A DNA stretch of 63,628 nt, filler included, from Chiloscyllium plagiosum (GCF_004010195.1; 6 parts of one record of this genome joined end to end with filler, not necessarily neighbours in it), one strand, 5' to 3'. Shown: positions 1 through 12,662, numbered from the whole stretch's first letter. The notes: a model not told the origin generated them from the letters alone. Numbers and translations are program-made.

Positions 1-1084
1 AGTTTAAATCCTCCCAAGCAGTTCTAGCAAATTTCCCTGCCAGTATATTAGTCCCCTTCCAATTTAGGTGCAATTTCTCCTTCTTGTACAGGTCATTTTA
101 CCCCAAAAGAGATTCCAATGATCCCAAAATGTGAATTCTTCTCCCAAACGCCAGCTCCTCAGCCATGCATTCATCTGCTCTATCCTCCTATTCCTGCCCT
201 CACTAGCTCGTAGCACTGGGAGTAATCCAGATATTACTACCCTTGAGGACCTCCTTTTTAAATTTCTGCCTAACTCTCTGTAATCTCCCTTCAGAGTCTC
301 AACCTTTTCCCTTCCAATGTCATTGGTTCCAATGTGGACACTGACCTCTTGCTGGCCCCTCTCTCCCGTGAGAACATTCTGCACCCTCTCTGAGACATCC
401 TTGATCCTGGCACCAGGGAAACAACACACCATTCTGCTTTTTCTCTGCTGGCCACAGAAACGTCTGTCTGTACCTCGGACTACAGAATCCCCTAACACAA
501 TTTATCTCTTGGAAGCCGACGTACCCCTCGTTACATTAGAGCCAATCTCAATACCAGAAACTTGGCTGTTTGTGCTACGTTCCCCTGAGAATCCGTCACC
601 CCCTACATTTTCCAAAACAGCCTACCTGTTTGAAATGGGTATATCCACAAAAGACTCCTGCTCTAGCTGCCTGCCTCTCTTACCCTTCCTGGAGTTAAAC
701 CGTGTATGTGACTGTATCTGAGACTTTCCCCCCTTTCTATAACTGCAGTCCATCACATACTGTAGCTCTTGCAAATTTTTCATCGCTTCTATTTGTCTCT
801 CCAACCGATCCACTCGATCTGATAAGATTTGCATCCAACAGCATTTATGGCAGATATAATCCGCAGTAACCCTTAAACTCTCTTTGAACTCCCACACCTG
901 ACAAGAAGCACATATCACTGCAAAGGCCATTTTTGCTCCTTCACAATCTACAGACCCAGAAAATAACACCGTCTTATTCCTCTACAAACACTGCCCCAGG
1001 TTAAATTAATAGCTATGGCTTATATTTTAAGTTTAATCAAGAGACTTATCTCCAAAAACATATAATCAAGAAAGAATCCACTGT
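1..1084 (-). mobile_element. CR1-clade LINE 5' region with disrupted ORF1 (zinc finger + SGNH/GDSL esterase)
   Basis: ATG at 930; CASCQVWE..YICHKC zinc finger (ORF 622-969) followed by GDSVVRG, VCCFPGARIKDV and HIGTND esterase motifs (ORF 64-498); the 5' UTR resumes at 2004 after a PLE insertion. Confidence 0.85.
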
Positions 1085-2003
1085 GGTAAAAACAATGACT
1101 GCAGATGCTGGAAACCAGATTCTGGATCAATGGTGCTGGAAGAGCACAGCAGTTCAGGCAGCATCCGAGGAGCTTCAGCAAAATCGACCAGGTGGTCACG
1201 GAGGGAACGGTCTTTGCGGAAGGCGGAAAGGGGTGGGGAGGGAAATATATCCCTGGTGGTGGGGTTACTTTTTTTTTGACGTTTCGGGCAAAAGCCCTTC
1301 ATCGGGAATAAAGGCAGAGAGCCTGAAGCGTGGAGAGATAAGCTAGGGGAGGGTGGGGGTGGGGAGAGAGTAGCATTTTTACTTTCAGGGATATATTTCC
1401 CTCCCCACCCCTTTCCGCCTTCCGCAAAGACCGTTCCCTCCGTGACTACCTGGTCAGGTCCACGCCCCCCTACGACCCACCCTCCCATCCTGGCACATTC
1501 CCCTGCTACTGCAGGAACTGTAAAACCTGTGCCCACACCTCCTCCCTCACCTCTATCCAAGGCCCTAAAGGAGCCTTCCACATCCATCAAAGTTTTACCT
1601 GCACATCCACTAATATCATTTATTGTATCCCTTGCTCCCGATGNNNNNNNNNNNNNNNNNNNNNNNNNNNNNNNNNNNNNNNNNNNNNNNNNNNNNNNNN
1701 NNNNNNNNNNNNNNNNNNNNNNNNNNNNNNNNNNNNNNNNNNNNNNNNNNNNNNNNNNNNNNNNNNNNNNNNNNNNNNNNNNNNNNNNNNNNNNNNNNNN
1801 NNNNNNNNNNNNNNNNNNNNNNNNNNNNNNNNNNNNNNNNNNNNNNNNNNNNNNNNNNNNNNNNNNNNNNNNNNNNNNNNNNNNNNNNNNNNNNNNNNNN
1901 NNNNNNNNNNNNNNNNNNNNNNNNNNNNNNNNNNNNNNNNNNNNNNNNNNNNNNNNNNNNNNNNNNNNNNNNNNNNNNNNNATCTCCACCAGCACCATTG
2001 ATC
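1085..2003. mobile_element. Penelope-like element (Neptune-type), rearranged/inverted insertion with 14-bp TSD
   Basis: TSD AAAGAATCCACTGT at 1071-1084 and 2004-2017; inverted termini GATCAATGGTGCTGG / CCAGCACCATTGATC; + strand 1387-1643 encodes FPSPPLSAFRKDRSLRD, CRNCKTC and FTCTSTNIIYCIPC (start of GIY-YIG endonuclease). Confidence 0.85.
1644..1981. other. Assembly gap (N run)
   Basis: run of N. Confidence 1.
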
Positions 2004-2177
2004 AAAGAATCCACTGTACCCACTACTGCAGCCTTTCTATTGGACAGACTTAAAACAACAATTAACTTATCTGATTCTGTGCTGTGAACTTCGCCCAACA
2101 GTTCTTCCAAGATTAGTTGTGAATTTCACTGTTTGTTAATTTTCCCAGATGCACTCCGATGTCCAGCGATACACGAT

Positions 2178-2770
2178 TGTTGACACAAATAGAGTACTGG
2201 GTTGCCATGAGACAAAAACAATTCAAATTTGGCCAATCAGTTTAAATTATGCCCCGAGAAACCAAATTCCAATCAATCTTTGAATTTTTTATTTTGATAA
2301 TATTAAAGCCAATGAAACGATCCGATGTTTTGGAATATAAAACTGGACATTTTTGAACACTTAGAGAGAGAACTGCCATGGAGACTGCTCACTCAAGCGC
2401 TCTTTGAGAGGTACCTGTCTGTGGATGAAGTCTGCACAGCAGAACATCGCAGCCGACCTGGAGAGAATCTATAAAGGAGATCCGGCAAAGCTGACTGATT
2501 TTGAAATAGGATTTCTTTCTCTAAATCTTAATCAGGACTTTTTTTTATCAGACTAGAATTGTAGTGTGGGAGGCAAAATATAGGTTTAAGAGAAAGGAAT
2601 TATAAATAGTTGTTTGTTAATATTCTTTGTTAGATTTAAAGTCACAACTTTAAGTCGTGACTTTTGGGATAGTTCTTTGCCTCTCAAATTTTGACATATT
2701 ACAGCACAGGGTGAATCTTTTCTGTGTTGCTGGTTTAACTTAACAGAGGGGTTTATCCTATGTCATAATA
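2178..2770 (+). mobile_element. Possible solo LTR
   Basis: starts with TG, contains several CCAAT boxes and TATAAAA near 2336, ends TGTCATAATA; no clear TSD. Confidence 0.25.
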
Positions 2771-2789
2771 GTACGTTATATTGTAGGTG

Positions 2790-3315
2790 TTCGGCCTCAT
2801 CAGAAACATTGTGTACACTTCCGGTCACCACACTACCCAAAGGGGATGGAGGCTTTGGAGAGAGTACATAAAATGTTTACCAGGATGTTGCTTGATTTGG
2901 TTGGCATTAGCTATCAGGAGAGATTGGACAATGTTGGTTTGTTTTCATGTGAATGTTGATGGATGAGGGGCAAATGAATAGAAGTTCACAGAATTATGAG
3001 AAGCATACAATGTATAGTCAGAGTCTTTTGCTCAGGGTAAAAATGTCAGTTATTAAGGAACATAGAATTAAGATAGGAGGGGGAATGTTTAAAGGAGATA
3101 TGAGAGGCAGTTTTTCTTTACGTTGAGGGTGGTAAGTACTTGGAATGCACTGCCAGAGGAAACGTTTGATGCAGATACAATAGCAATGTTTAAGAGGCAT
3201 CTTAACAGAAACATGAATAGGCAGTGAATGTTGGCATCCAGGCTGCTTGGAGATAAAAGACTTTTAGGGGCATCATGCTTTGGCACAGTATTGGTAGGCT
3301 GAAGGGCCTGTTATG
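2790..3315 (+). mobile_element. Old CR1 LINE 3' fragment
   Basis: degenerate ORF2 C-terminus (FTRML, WNALPEE) and 3' UTR resembling other copies in the window. Confidence 0.75.
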
Positions 3316-3384
3316 CAACCATGTCCTGAGCTTAAATAAAACACAGTCAATTCTTCAATCCAGGCCATTGCGATGCAGATGAGA

Positions 3385-3830
3385 GGTCTGCTGAAGCAGA
3401 GGTTCCGATGTTTGCATCAGAATGGTAAATGTACAATCAAGTGAGGGAGTATACCGCATAATCGGCGGACAGTGAGAGCCTTTTTCCGAGGATAGTGAGG
3501 ATAGCACAAGGGGCATAGCTTCAAATTAAAGGGCGATAGATGTACGACAGATGTCAGAGGTAGTTTCTTTACTCAGAGAGTAGTAGGGGCACGGAACGCA
3601 CTGCCTGCAACAGTTGTAGACTACCAACTTTACGGACATTTAAATGGTCATTGGATAGGCATATGGACGAGAATGGAATAGTGTCAGTTAGATGGACTTC
3701 GGATTGGTTTCACAAAGCAGCGCAACATCGAGGATCGAAGGGCCTGTACTGCGTTGTAATGTTCTATGTTCTGTAGTCTTTGTATGTAGTGCTGTGCAAA
3801 ACTGCTGCAGGCAAAAAGAGGGTGGGGTGA
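3385..3830 (+). mobile_element. Harbinger/PIF transposase fossil interrupted by a CR1 3' end
   Basis: GLLKQRFRCL at 3385-3414 and ..YRI / VVFVCSAVQN on either side of the 3461-3772 insertion resemble the G.LK.RFRCL...RI..VCC.LHN C-terminus of Harbinger DDE transposases. Confidence 0.5.
3461..3772 (+). mobile_element. CR1 LINE 3' end with (GTTCTAT)n tail
   Basis: similar to 46430-46738; FFTQRVV..NALP motif. Confidence 0.8.
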
Positions 3831-3952
3831 GCTATGAAAAGCTGGGACAGCAACAGCAGAAAGAAAATCAATGGCATTGAGCAGGAGGAACATCACTTTC
3901 TCCATGATAGAATGCCGCAGCACAAAACACAACCAGCTCGACAGGACTTTTC

Positions 3953-4650
3953 GAGTCATAGAGTAATACAGCACAGAAACAGACCCTTTGGTCCAACTTG
4001 TCAATGCCAACCAAGTTTCCCAAATTAAACTATTCCCACTTGCGTGTATTTATCCCTCTACACCTTTCATAATCATGTATTGTCCAAATGTCTTTTAAAT
4101 TTGTAACTGTACCTGCATCCACCATTTCCTCTGGCAGTTTATTCCACATACAAACCATCCTCTGTGTGAAAAAGTTTCCCTTCAAGTCCCTTTTAAATCT
4201 TTCTCCTCTCATCTTAAAAGTATGCCATCTGGTTTGAATGCTCCCCATCCAAGGAAAAGACCTTTGCTATTCACTTTATCTATTTCTTCCATGATTTTAT
4301 AAACTTGTATAAGGTCATCTCTCAGCCTCCTACCTTCCAGTGAAAAAAACTCCCAGCTTATCCAGCCAACTCAAACACTTCAGTTCATGGCAACATCCTT
4401 ACAAGTCTTTTCCGAATCCTGTCCAATTTAATAATGACCTGCCGATAGCAGGGCAACCAGAACTCTACACTGTTCTCCAAAAGTGGTCACACCAAAACCC
4501 CGTACAACCACAACATGACGTCCAACTCCTATACTCAATGGTTAGAGCAACGAAGGCAACCACCCTGTCTACCTATGACCCAACTTTCAAAGAATTATGT
4601 ACCTAGTTCTCTCTGTTCAACAACACTACCTGGGGTTCCACCACTAAAGT
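3953..4650 (-). mobile_element. CR1 (HER1-like) LINE 3' fragment
   Basis: GNFFTQRMVCMWNKLPEE (ORF 4030-4248) plus 3' tail. Confidence 0.8.
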
Positions 4651-4849
4651 GGTTGTTTCACTCAAGTGGGCAGCAGGGATCGGCCAGATAATTACAGATC
4701 ACTTAGTCTGATGTCAGTGGTAGGGAAATTATTGGAAAAATTTCTGAGGGACAGGATTGATTAATACTTCAAAATGCAGGGATTGATCCTACTCGATATC
4801 CAGTTCCAGGTAATGGGAGCTAGGTGCAGTATAATTACTCATTCACAAT

Positions 4850-5395
4850 TTGTCAGTGTTCAAAAACAGGCAATCCCAGAGATAAATTCAGCTGCTATAT
4901 GTTTGTGTTTGTTCATGGTTTTTGTTGTTTCTGGATATATTGAGGCATTTGTTGACTTTCTGGATGTGCTGGTCCTGAATTGAATATGCTGTGCTATACT
5001 GGACATTAGGGAAACAATAGTACTCATGATGTAGCTGGAAGATTCATTTTCAGACATTTCGTCACCATAATTGGTAGCATCTTCAGTGAGCCTCCAGATG
5101 AAGCACTGCTGATGTTTCCTGCTTTCGATTTATATGTTGGGGTTTTCTTGGGTGGAGGCCATTTTGCATCTTCCAATCTACAGACGCAGAAAATCGCACT
5201 GTCTTATCCCTGTACAAAACACCGCTCCAAACATATAAATAGAAAGCAGGAAACATCAGTAGTGCTTCATCCGGAGCCTCACTGAAGATGTCACCTAGTA
5301 TGGTGACAAAACGTCTGAAAATGAACCTTCCAGCTCAGCAAGCAAACCTACATCCAGAACCTCAACCTGAGCTACAAATCTTCTCAAAGCTTGCT
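4850..5395. mobile_element. Penelope-like element (Poseidon-type) terminal regions in inverted orientation
   Basis: ~5030-5140 is the reverse complement of ~5229-5335; similar to 14911-15720 and 44292-45046; hammerhead-like cores at 5053-5086 (-) and 5282-5315 (+). Confidence 0.7.
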
Positions 5396-6325
5396 CAAAA
5401 CGCACGCAATTAGATGATAATGGAAAAAGGCTAAGGTTGATTAAGCCTTGTCTCTATGTTCTTAAGTTGCATTTGTTATTTCAGTGTTCACTTGCATGTG
5501 CAATGAACTGCCAGCTGTCCCACTAAGTGTACTATAAAAGGCAACTCTTGACAGAGCTTGACCAGCTGCACATTTAGAATTTAAAGATGGCATCAGTATG
5601 CAGGATGTGCCAACAATGAGTACTTCAGTCTACAGCTAATGGGAAAATATGACAAACAGAGTACCATAGGGATGTGGAGCAGACGTAATAAGGCAATATT
5701 GGAAAGGTAGCGTGAGAAAACACACTACACCTCACCAAGTGAAATCATCCAGAAAGCTCATTAAAATTGACGCTTTGCTGATATCTGTTAAAATTCAACC
5801 TGGTCCTAATGCACAACACAGAGTGCATTGAAAGTCAACGTGGTAATAAATGAGATGGATGGATGGTATAACCTAGTTGTACGAAGTCAGGTTAGAGTGT
5901 GACTTCTTCTCCTAAAAGAGGCAGTAGGTGTTGACAAAAAATTACCTGTCAATGGGGTTGATGACTACTCTGGAATGTTTCGGCTTGATTGAACATTAAA
6001 GCGATACCTACGATCACAGAACTCATCCAAGGTGACAGCAGAATGCGCACCCACAACCAGAGCTCATCCACTCTGTCCATTTCTTTTATTTCCCTTCATA
6101 CATCAGAGAATCCCTACAGTGTAGATGCATTGCAATTCAGATGCAGTCAGAGCAAGTTTCCAACTTTAACTCTAAAACTTTACAGGAAAAGTAATTTGGT
6201 TACTAAAAAGGTGGAATCCACCATGTATCATCCACAAAGTGAGCTTTGAAGAGATGTCTTCAGACTCTTAAAGCATTGATTGAGGCATATTGGCGTGGAT
6301 ACCCAAAGGGTATGTGTACATTGAG

Positions 6326-6654
6326 TATAGGAGTCAAGATTAGAGTGGTGCTGGAAAAGCACAGCAGGTACATGTTTGGAATGAGCTGCCAGAGGAAATG
6401 GTGGAGGCTGGTACAGTTGCAACATTTAAGAGGCATTGGGATGGGTATATGAATAGGAAGGGTTTGGAGGGATATGGGCCGGGTGCTGGCAAGTGGGACT
6501 AGATTGGGTTGGGATATCTGGTTGGCATGGACGAGTTGAACCGAAGGGTCTGTTTCCATGCTGTACATCTCTTTGACTCTGTGACTCTAGGGTCAGGAAG
6601 CATCTGAGGAGCAGGAAAATCGACATTTCGGGCAAAAGCCCTTCATCAGGAATG
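6326..6654 (-). mobile_element. Neptune-type PLE terminus with hammerhead core, split by a CR1 3' end (6370-6590, +)
   Basis: GCTGGAAAAGCACAGCAGGT ... GGTCAGGAAGCATC; core on - strand CTGATGAAGGGCTTTTGCCCGAAATGTC at 6622-6649. Confidence 0.75.
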
Positions 6655-7686
6655 TAGAATAGACAATAGGTGCAGGAGTAGGCCATTCTGCCCTTCTAGC
6701 CTGCACCACCATTCAATATAATCATGACTGATCATCCTTAATCAATATCCTGTTCCTGCCTTATCTCCATAACTCTTGATTCCACTATCCTTGAGAGCTC
6801 TATCTAACTCTTTCTTAAATGAGCCTCCACTGCCCTCTGGGGCAGAGCATTCCACACAGCCACCACTCTGGGTGAAGAGGTTTCTCCTCATCTCTGTCCT
6901 AAATGGTCTACCCCTTATTTGTAAGCTGTGTCCTCTGGTTCGGCAGTCACCCATCAGCGGAAACATGTTTCCTGCTTCCAGAGTGTCCAATCCTTTAATA
7001 ATCTTATATGTCTCAATCAGATCCCCTCTCAGTCTTCTAAACTCAAGGGTATACAGGCCCAGTCGCTGCAGTCTTTCAGCGTAAGGTAGTCCCGCCATTC
7101 CAGGAATTGACCTCATGAACCTACGCTGCACTCCCTCAATAGCCAGAACGTCTTTCCTCAAATTTGGAGACCAGAACTGCACACAATACTCCAGGTGTGG
7201 TCTCACCAGGGCCCTGTACAGCTGCAGAAGAACCTCTTTGCTTCTATACTCAATCCCTCTTGTTATGAAGCCAGCGTGCTATTTAACCTTCTTCACTACC
7301 TGCTGTACCTGCATGCTTACCTTCATTATCTGCATTACTGGTTTACACCATGCACAGATCCAATCACAAATGAACTGACCAGAGGGAATTGAGCGAAGCA
7401 AAACACTTCATTTCTTGTGAATTTTTTCAACATTTATGTGTAATCTTCACAAAATTTATTTAAAATAATACCATGCGCCCTAATTTTGCTGACTAACCTC
7501 CTATGTGGGACTTTATCAAAAGCTTTCTGAAAGTCCAGGTATACTACATCCACTGGATCTCCCTTGTCCATCTTCACAGTTACATTCTCAAAAAATTCCA
7601 GAAGATTAGTCAAGCATGATTTTCCCTTCATAAATCCATGCTGACTCTGACCTATCCTGTTACTACTATCCAGATGTGTCGTAATT
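6655..7686 (-). mobile_element. Young CR1 LINE fragments (6655-7330 and 7467-7686)
   Basis: RPHLEYCVQFWSP..EFRRLRGDLIETYK and KGKSCLTNLLEFF..YLDFQKAFDKVPH; near-identical to 32244-34494. Confidence 0.9.
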
Positions 7687-7687
7687 T

Positions 7688-8255
7688 AGAATTGAGTATA
7701 GGAGTTGGGCTGTCATATTTTACAGGTCACTTGTTAGGCCACTTTTAGAATCATGTGTTCAATTCTTGTCTCCATGCTGTAGGAAAGATGTTAGTCAACT
7801 TAAAAGGTTACAAGGACTGGAGGGTGTGAGCTATTGGGAGAAGCCGAATCGGGTAGGGCTGTTTTCCCTGGAGCATCAGAGGCTGAGAGGTGACCTTACT
7901 GAAGTTTGCAAAATCGCGAGGGGAATGGATAGGGTCAATAGTCAAGATCTTTTCCCCAGGGTAACAGAGTTAAAAATTAGAGGACAGAAGTTAAAGATGG
8001 CGAAAAAAAATTAAAAGTGACCTTCGGGGCAACGTTTTCATGCTGAGGGTGGTGTATGTATGGGATGAGTTGCCAGAGGAGGCTGGTACAATTGCGGTAT
8101 TTAAAAGGCATCTGGATGGGTACATGAAAAGGAAAGATATAAAGGGATATGGGCCAAAAGCTAGCAAATGGAACTAGATTAATTTAGGATATCTGGTCAA
8201 CATTAATGAGTTGGACCAAATGGTCTGTTTCTGTGCTGTACATCTCTAGGACTCT
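7688..8255 (+). mobile_element. CR1 (HER1-like) 3' fragment
   Basis: LFSLEHQRLRGDL motif and 3' tail CTGTACATCTCTA. Confidence 0.8.
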
Positions 8256-9135
8256 ACGAGTCATAACTAATAGAGTTACATGCTGATGAATCACAATTGT
8301 TTCCCTGTAGTTCAAATCTATTTGTCCTAAATGGTAACTCTTGTGAAGTACAGAAATCTGGTCCACTCTTTTTGACTGTTTGATGAAGATATGAGGTTGT
8401 GGACTCATTAATTTGCAATCTTTCATTGACTGGTTGAAAATTCACATTTTCAATGCCTCTGATGCAGTTTGTTTTTGCTTTTTATTCCCTTCAAGAAAGA
8501 AATTTGCAGGGAAAGAGAACTATTCAGAATTATTTTTTACTTGAGCGCAGAAGGGAGAGAGAGGGGAGAGAGAGGGATATCTTTTTCTACAAGGGCTAAT
8601 GTTTCTTCTGAATTGTCCGAACATAAAGCTGCAGCCTCTCACCCAGGAAACTGAGGCAATGGTTTGTATACTCAGTACCCTTGGACAGCAAATCTCCTCC
8701 AACTTGAAACTCTGCTTGAAACACACCATCACAGAGCCAAGGTGTCCAGCATCCTTCACTATTATTTGAGCAAGGCAGCATTGTACAAAGTTCCAGTAAC
8801 TTTTTTTTAAGCACAACATCTTCTTTCGCAGTCCATTGTCTAAATTAATATATTTCCCATTTATTTGTCTGCAGTCCAAAAAAATGTGTTCTTTGCAATA
8901 CAGATCATTTGTCCAAATTCTCAAGCAGTAATCATATATTATGAACCCTCACCATAATATAACATACTGTGAATGTCTGTAATATAAAAAAACAATTTAA
9001 TAATACATCTTTAATACTATCAGCTTTAGTACCTGCATGTAATTGGGTGTTTACTTTGAAGCGCAATAGTTGGATTCCCCTGTAAACAGATGTGTTAAAG
9101 AGATAATTTACATTTTGTACCATTACATTTATTAG

Positions 9136-9250
9136 GTATGTGATAATAATGACCAATGTCACTGCGATCCTGGCTGGGCTCCCCCTAACTGCACCTTAAC
9201 TGGACAAGGCAGCAGTGTAGACAGTGCACCATCGCTTTCTCAGCAACCAG
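9136..9250 (+). CDS. ADAM-family metalloprotease exon, EGF-like domain (VCDNNDQCHCDPGWAPPNCTLTGQGSSVDSAPSLSQQP)
   Basis: acceptor TTTATTAG ends 9135, donor GTAAGA starts 9251; 115 bp, phase 0 to 1; the C..CHC..GWAPP.C...G..S.DS.P pattern is the ADAM EGF-like signature (ADAM9-like by eye). Confidence 0.85.
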
Positions 9251-9471
9251 GTAAGAGTCTGACAGATGTCTTTAAAAGCAAGATGCTCTTCTGCGGTACT
9301 GATCGTGATTCATTGGAGGTTACAATCTCTTAGCTTCTTGATCCTGATCAAACTACCAAGCCTCTTCCATCTGGAAATTTGATTTAAAGTGGGAGTGAGA
9401 TAGAAACGAAATGAATACATCTGGGAATTTACTTCAGAGTGGACTGAGCCAAAGCAGTAGTCAGAGATGAA

Positions 9472-10155
9472 GTAGAGTCATGGAGATGTACAGCATGGAA
9501 ACAGACCCTTCGGTCCAACATGTCCATGTCAACCTGATATCCCAACCCAATCGAGTCCCACCTACTAGCACCCTGCCCATATCCCTCCAAACTCTTCCTA
9601 TTCATATACCCATCCAAATGCCTTTTAAATGTTGCAATTGTACTCGCTTCCACCACATCCTCTGGCAGCTCGTTCCAAACATCTACACACCACCCTCTGC
9701 GTGAAAAGGTTGCCCCTTAGGTCTGTTTTATATCTATCCCCTCTCACCCTAAACCTATGCCCTCTAGTTCTGAACTCCCCCACCCCAGGGAAAATACTTT
9801 GTCTATCTATCTTATCCATGCCCCTCATGATTTTATAAACCTCTATAAGGTCACCCCTCAGCCTCCAACGCTCCAGGGAAAACAGTTTTAGCCTATTCAA
9901 TCTCACCCTATAGCTCAAATTCTCCAACTCTGGCAACATCCTTGTAAATCTTTTCTGAACCTATTCAAGTTTTACAACAACTTTCTGATAGGAAGGAGAC
10001 CAGAATTGCATGCAATATTCCAACAATGGCCTAACCAATTTCCTGTACAGCGTCAACATGACCTCCCAACTCCTGTACTCAATATGCTAACCAATAAAAG
10101 AAAGCATATCAAATGCCTTCTTCACTATACTATCTACCTGCGACTCCACTTTCTA
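9472..10155 (-). mobile_element. CR1 (HER1-like) LINE 3' portion
   Basis: ORF 9625-9939 LFSLERWRLRGDLIEVYKIMRG; tail TGACTCTA. Confidence 0.88.
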
Positions 10156-10157
10156 GG

Positions 10158-12258
10158 ACAATAGGGTTGTCATAGTAAGGGATTTTAATTTTCCAAATGT
10201 AGACTGGAACTGACAGTGCATTAAGGGCTTAGATGGGTGGAATTTGTCAAGTCTGTTTAGGAAAGTTTCCTTAGGACGTATATAGAGGGCCCTACTCAGG
10301 AAGGGACAAAACTCAATCTACCCTTGGGAAATAGGGCCGGACAGATGATCGAGGTGACAGTGGAGGGAGCACTTTGGGACCAATGGCCATTCCTTCTGTT
10401 AATTTTAAAAGAGTTAAGGGGAGGGACAAAACTGGTCCACAGGTTCAAGTTCTCAATTGGGGCAAGACAAATTTTGACGTAATTAAACAGGAACTTGCAG
10501 GAGTTGATTGGAGTAGTTTGTTTGCAGGCAAAGGGATCTCTGACAAGAGAGAGGCCTTTAAAAGTGAGTTAGCTGGAGTTCTAGGTCTATATGTTCCTGT
10601 GAGGGTGAAGGACAAAGTTGGCAGGAATATGGCACCATGGATGACAAGAGATATTGATGTGTTGACCAGAAAAAAGGAGGAGGCATGGCCCAGGTACAGG
10701 CGGCTGGGATCAAAGAAATCTCTGTTGATATGTGGGGGATACAGGTGTTTACTGAAGAAGGAAATTAGGAAGGCAAGAAGGGGGCAAATAGCCTTTGCAG
10801 AGAAGATTAGAGTGAATCCAAAGAGGTTCTTTAAGCATACTAAAGGAAAAAGAATAACTGGAGGGAGAATAGGACCCCTTGAGGAAGATATGTGTGCAAC
10901 TACAGGAGAGGGACAAGGTCCTCAATGAATATTTCTTCTCTGTGTTTACTGTGGAGAAAGACATGAAGACTTGGGGAAGTTAGTGGTCATATCTTGGGTA
11001 CAGTCCATATAACAGTAGAGGAGGTATTGGATGTATTAGAAGGTACAAAAGTGTATAAGTATTCTGAACCTGACCAGATAGATCCAAGAACCCTGCAAGA
11101 AGCTAAAGAAGAAATTACAGGGGCTTGGATGATATTTTTGTACCATTGTTATCCATGGGTAGGTTACCGAAGAGTGGAGGGTAGCAAATGTTGTGACCTT
11201 AGTCAAAAAGGGCTGCAAAGACAAACCTGGCAAATATAGACCAGTAAGCTTAACATCTGTGGTGGGTAAGTTACATGAGAACATTCTGAGAGATAAGATA
11301 TACTGCCTTTGGAAATACAGGGTTTGATTAGAAGTCGTCAGCATGGCTTTGTGTGTGAGAGATCATGCCTTAGAAGTTTGTAAGAGTTATTTTAATGAAG
11401 TGACGAGGAAGGTTGATGAGAGCAGGGCAGTAGACTTGGTCTATATGGATTTCAGTAAAACCTTTGATTAGGCTGCACATGGTCGGTTGTTCTGTAAGGT
11501 TAGAATGCATGGAACTCAGGGAAAGTTGGAAAATCGGAGACACAGTTGGCTTGATAGTGGTAAGCAGAGAGTAATAGTGGAAGAATGCTTGACAGACTGG
11601 AGGCCTGTGAATAATGGAGTACCTCAGGGGTCGGTGCTGGCCCATTGCTGTTTGTTATCTATATCAGTGATGTGGGTGAGAATATACAAAACATGATTAG
11701 TCAGTTTGCAGATGACACTTATATAGGCGCTATCATGGACAGTGAGGAAGGTTATCATAAGTTGCAGCAGGACCTTGATCATCTAGGGAAGTTAGCTGAG
11801 AAATGGCAAATGGAGTTTAATGTAAATAAGTGTGAGGTCTTGCATTTTGGAAAGTCAAGTCAAGCTAGGAGTTTCATGGTAAATGGTAGGGTCTTGGAAT
11901 AGAGGGATCTTGGAGTTCAGGTGCACAGTTCTGTGAAAGTGGAGTCACAGGAAAACTGGGCAGTAAGGAAAGCTTTTGGCACACTGGCCTTCACCAGTCA
12001 GGACATTGAGTACAGAAGTTGGGAAGTTATGTTGCAGCTGTACAGGATGTTGGTGAGACCGCATTTGGAGTATTGTGTTCAGTTTGGTCACCTTGTTATA
12101 GGAAGGATGTTATTAAACTGGAAAGATTGCAGAAGAAATTCATAAGATGTTGCCTAGACTCAAGAGTCTGAGTTATAGGGAGAGATTGGACAAGCTAGGA
12201 CTTTCTTCCTTGGAGCATAGGCGACTGAGGGGGAAATCTTATGAAAGTGTATAAGACC
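10158..12258 (+). mobile_element. CR1 LINE ORF2 fragment (endonuclease end, tether, RT), degenerate
   Basis: DFNFPN, PWMTRDI, GVPQGSVL, FADDT and RPHLEYCVQF motifs across several frames. Confidence 0.88.
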
Positions 12259-12262
12259 ATAA

Positions 12263-12662
12263 TTAGATTAGATTAGAATCCCTACAGTGTGGAAACAGGC
12301 CCTTTGGCCAAACAAGTTCACAAAAACCCTCCGAAGTGTAACCCATCCAGATCCATTTTCCTCTGACCGATATCCCTGAAGCACATCTTTGGACTGTGGG
12401 AGCAAACCCACGCAGACACGGGGAGAATGTGCAAACTCCACACAGACAATCACCCGAGGCTGGAATTGAACCTGGGTCCCTGATGCTGTGAGGCAGCAGT
12501 GCCTCACAATTTTTAAATTAAATTTCTTACAGTGTGGAAACAGGCCCTTCGGTCCAACAAGTCCACACCGACCCTCCGAAGAGTAACCCACCCAGACCCA
12601 TTTCCCCTGACTAATTCACCTAACACTATGGACAGTTTAGTAAGGCCAACTCACCTGACCTA
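12263..12662 (-). mobile_element. Two adjacent partial HE1-type V-SINEs
   Basis: TGTGTGGAGTTTGCACATTCTCCCCGTGTCTGCGTGGG core and (TCTAA)n tail on the - strand. Confidence 0.85.

Noticed and set aside
1066..2110. Long ORFs spanning N runs (also 25180-26443 and 27758-28495)
   Set aside because: Length is an artefact of X translation across gaps
8290..8930. Unique AT-rich stretch as a possible LTR or ADAM cysteine-rich exon
   Set aside because: No convincing termini, TSD, splice pair or ADAM cysteine pattern found
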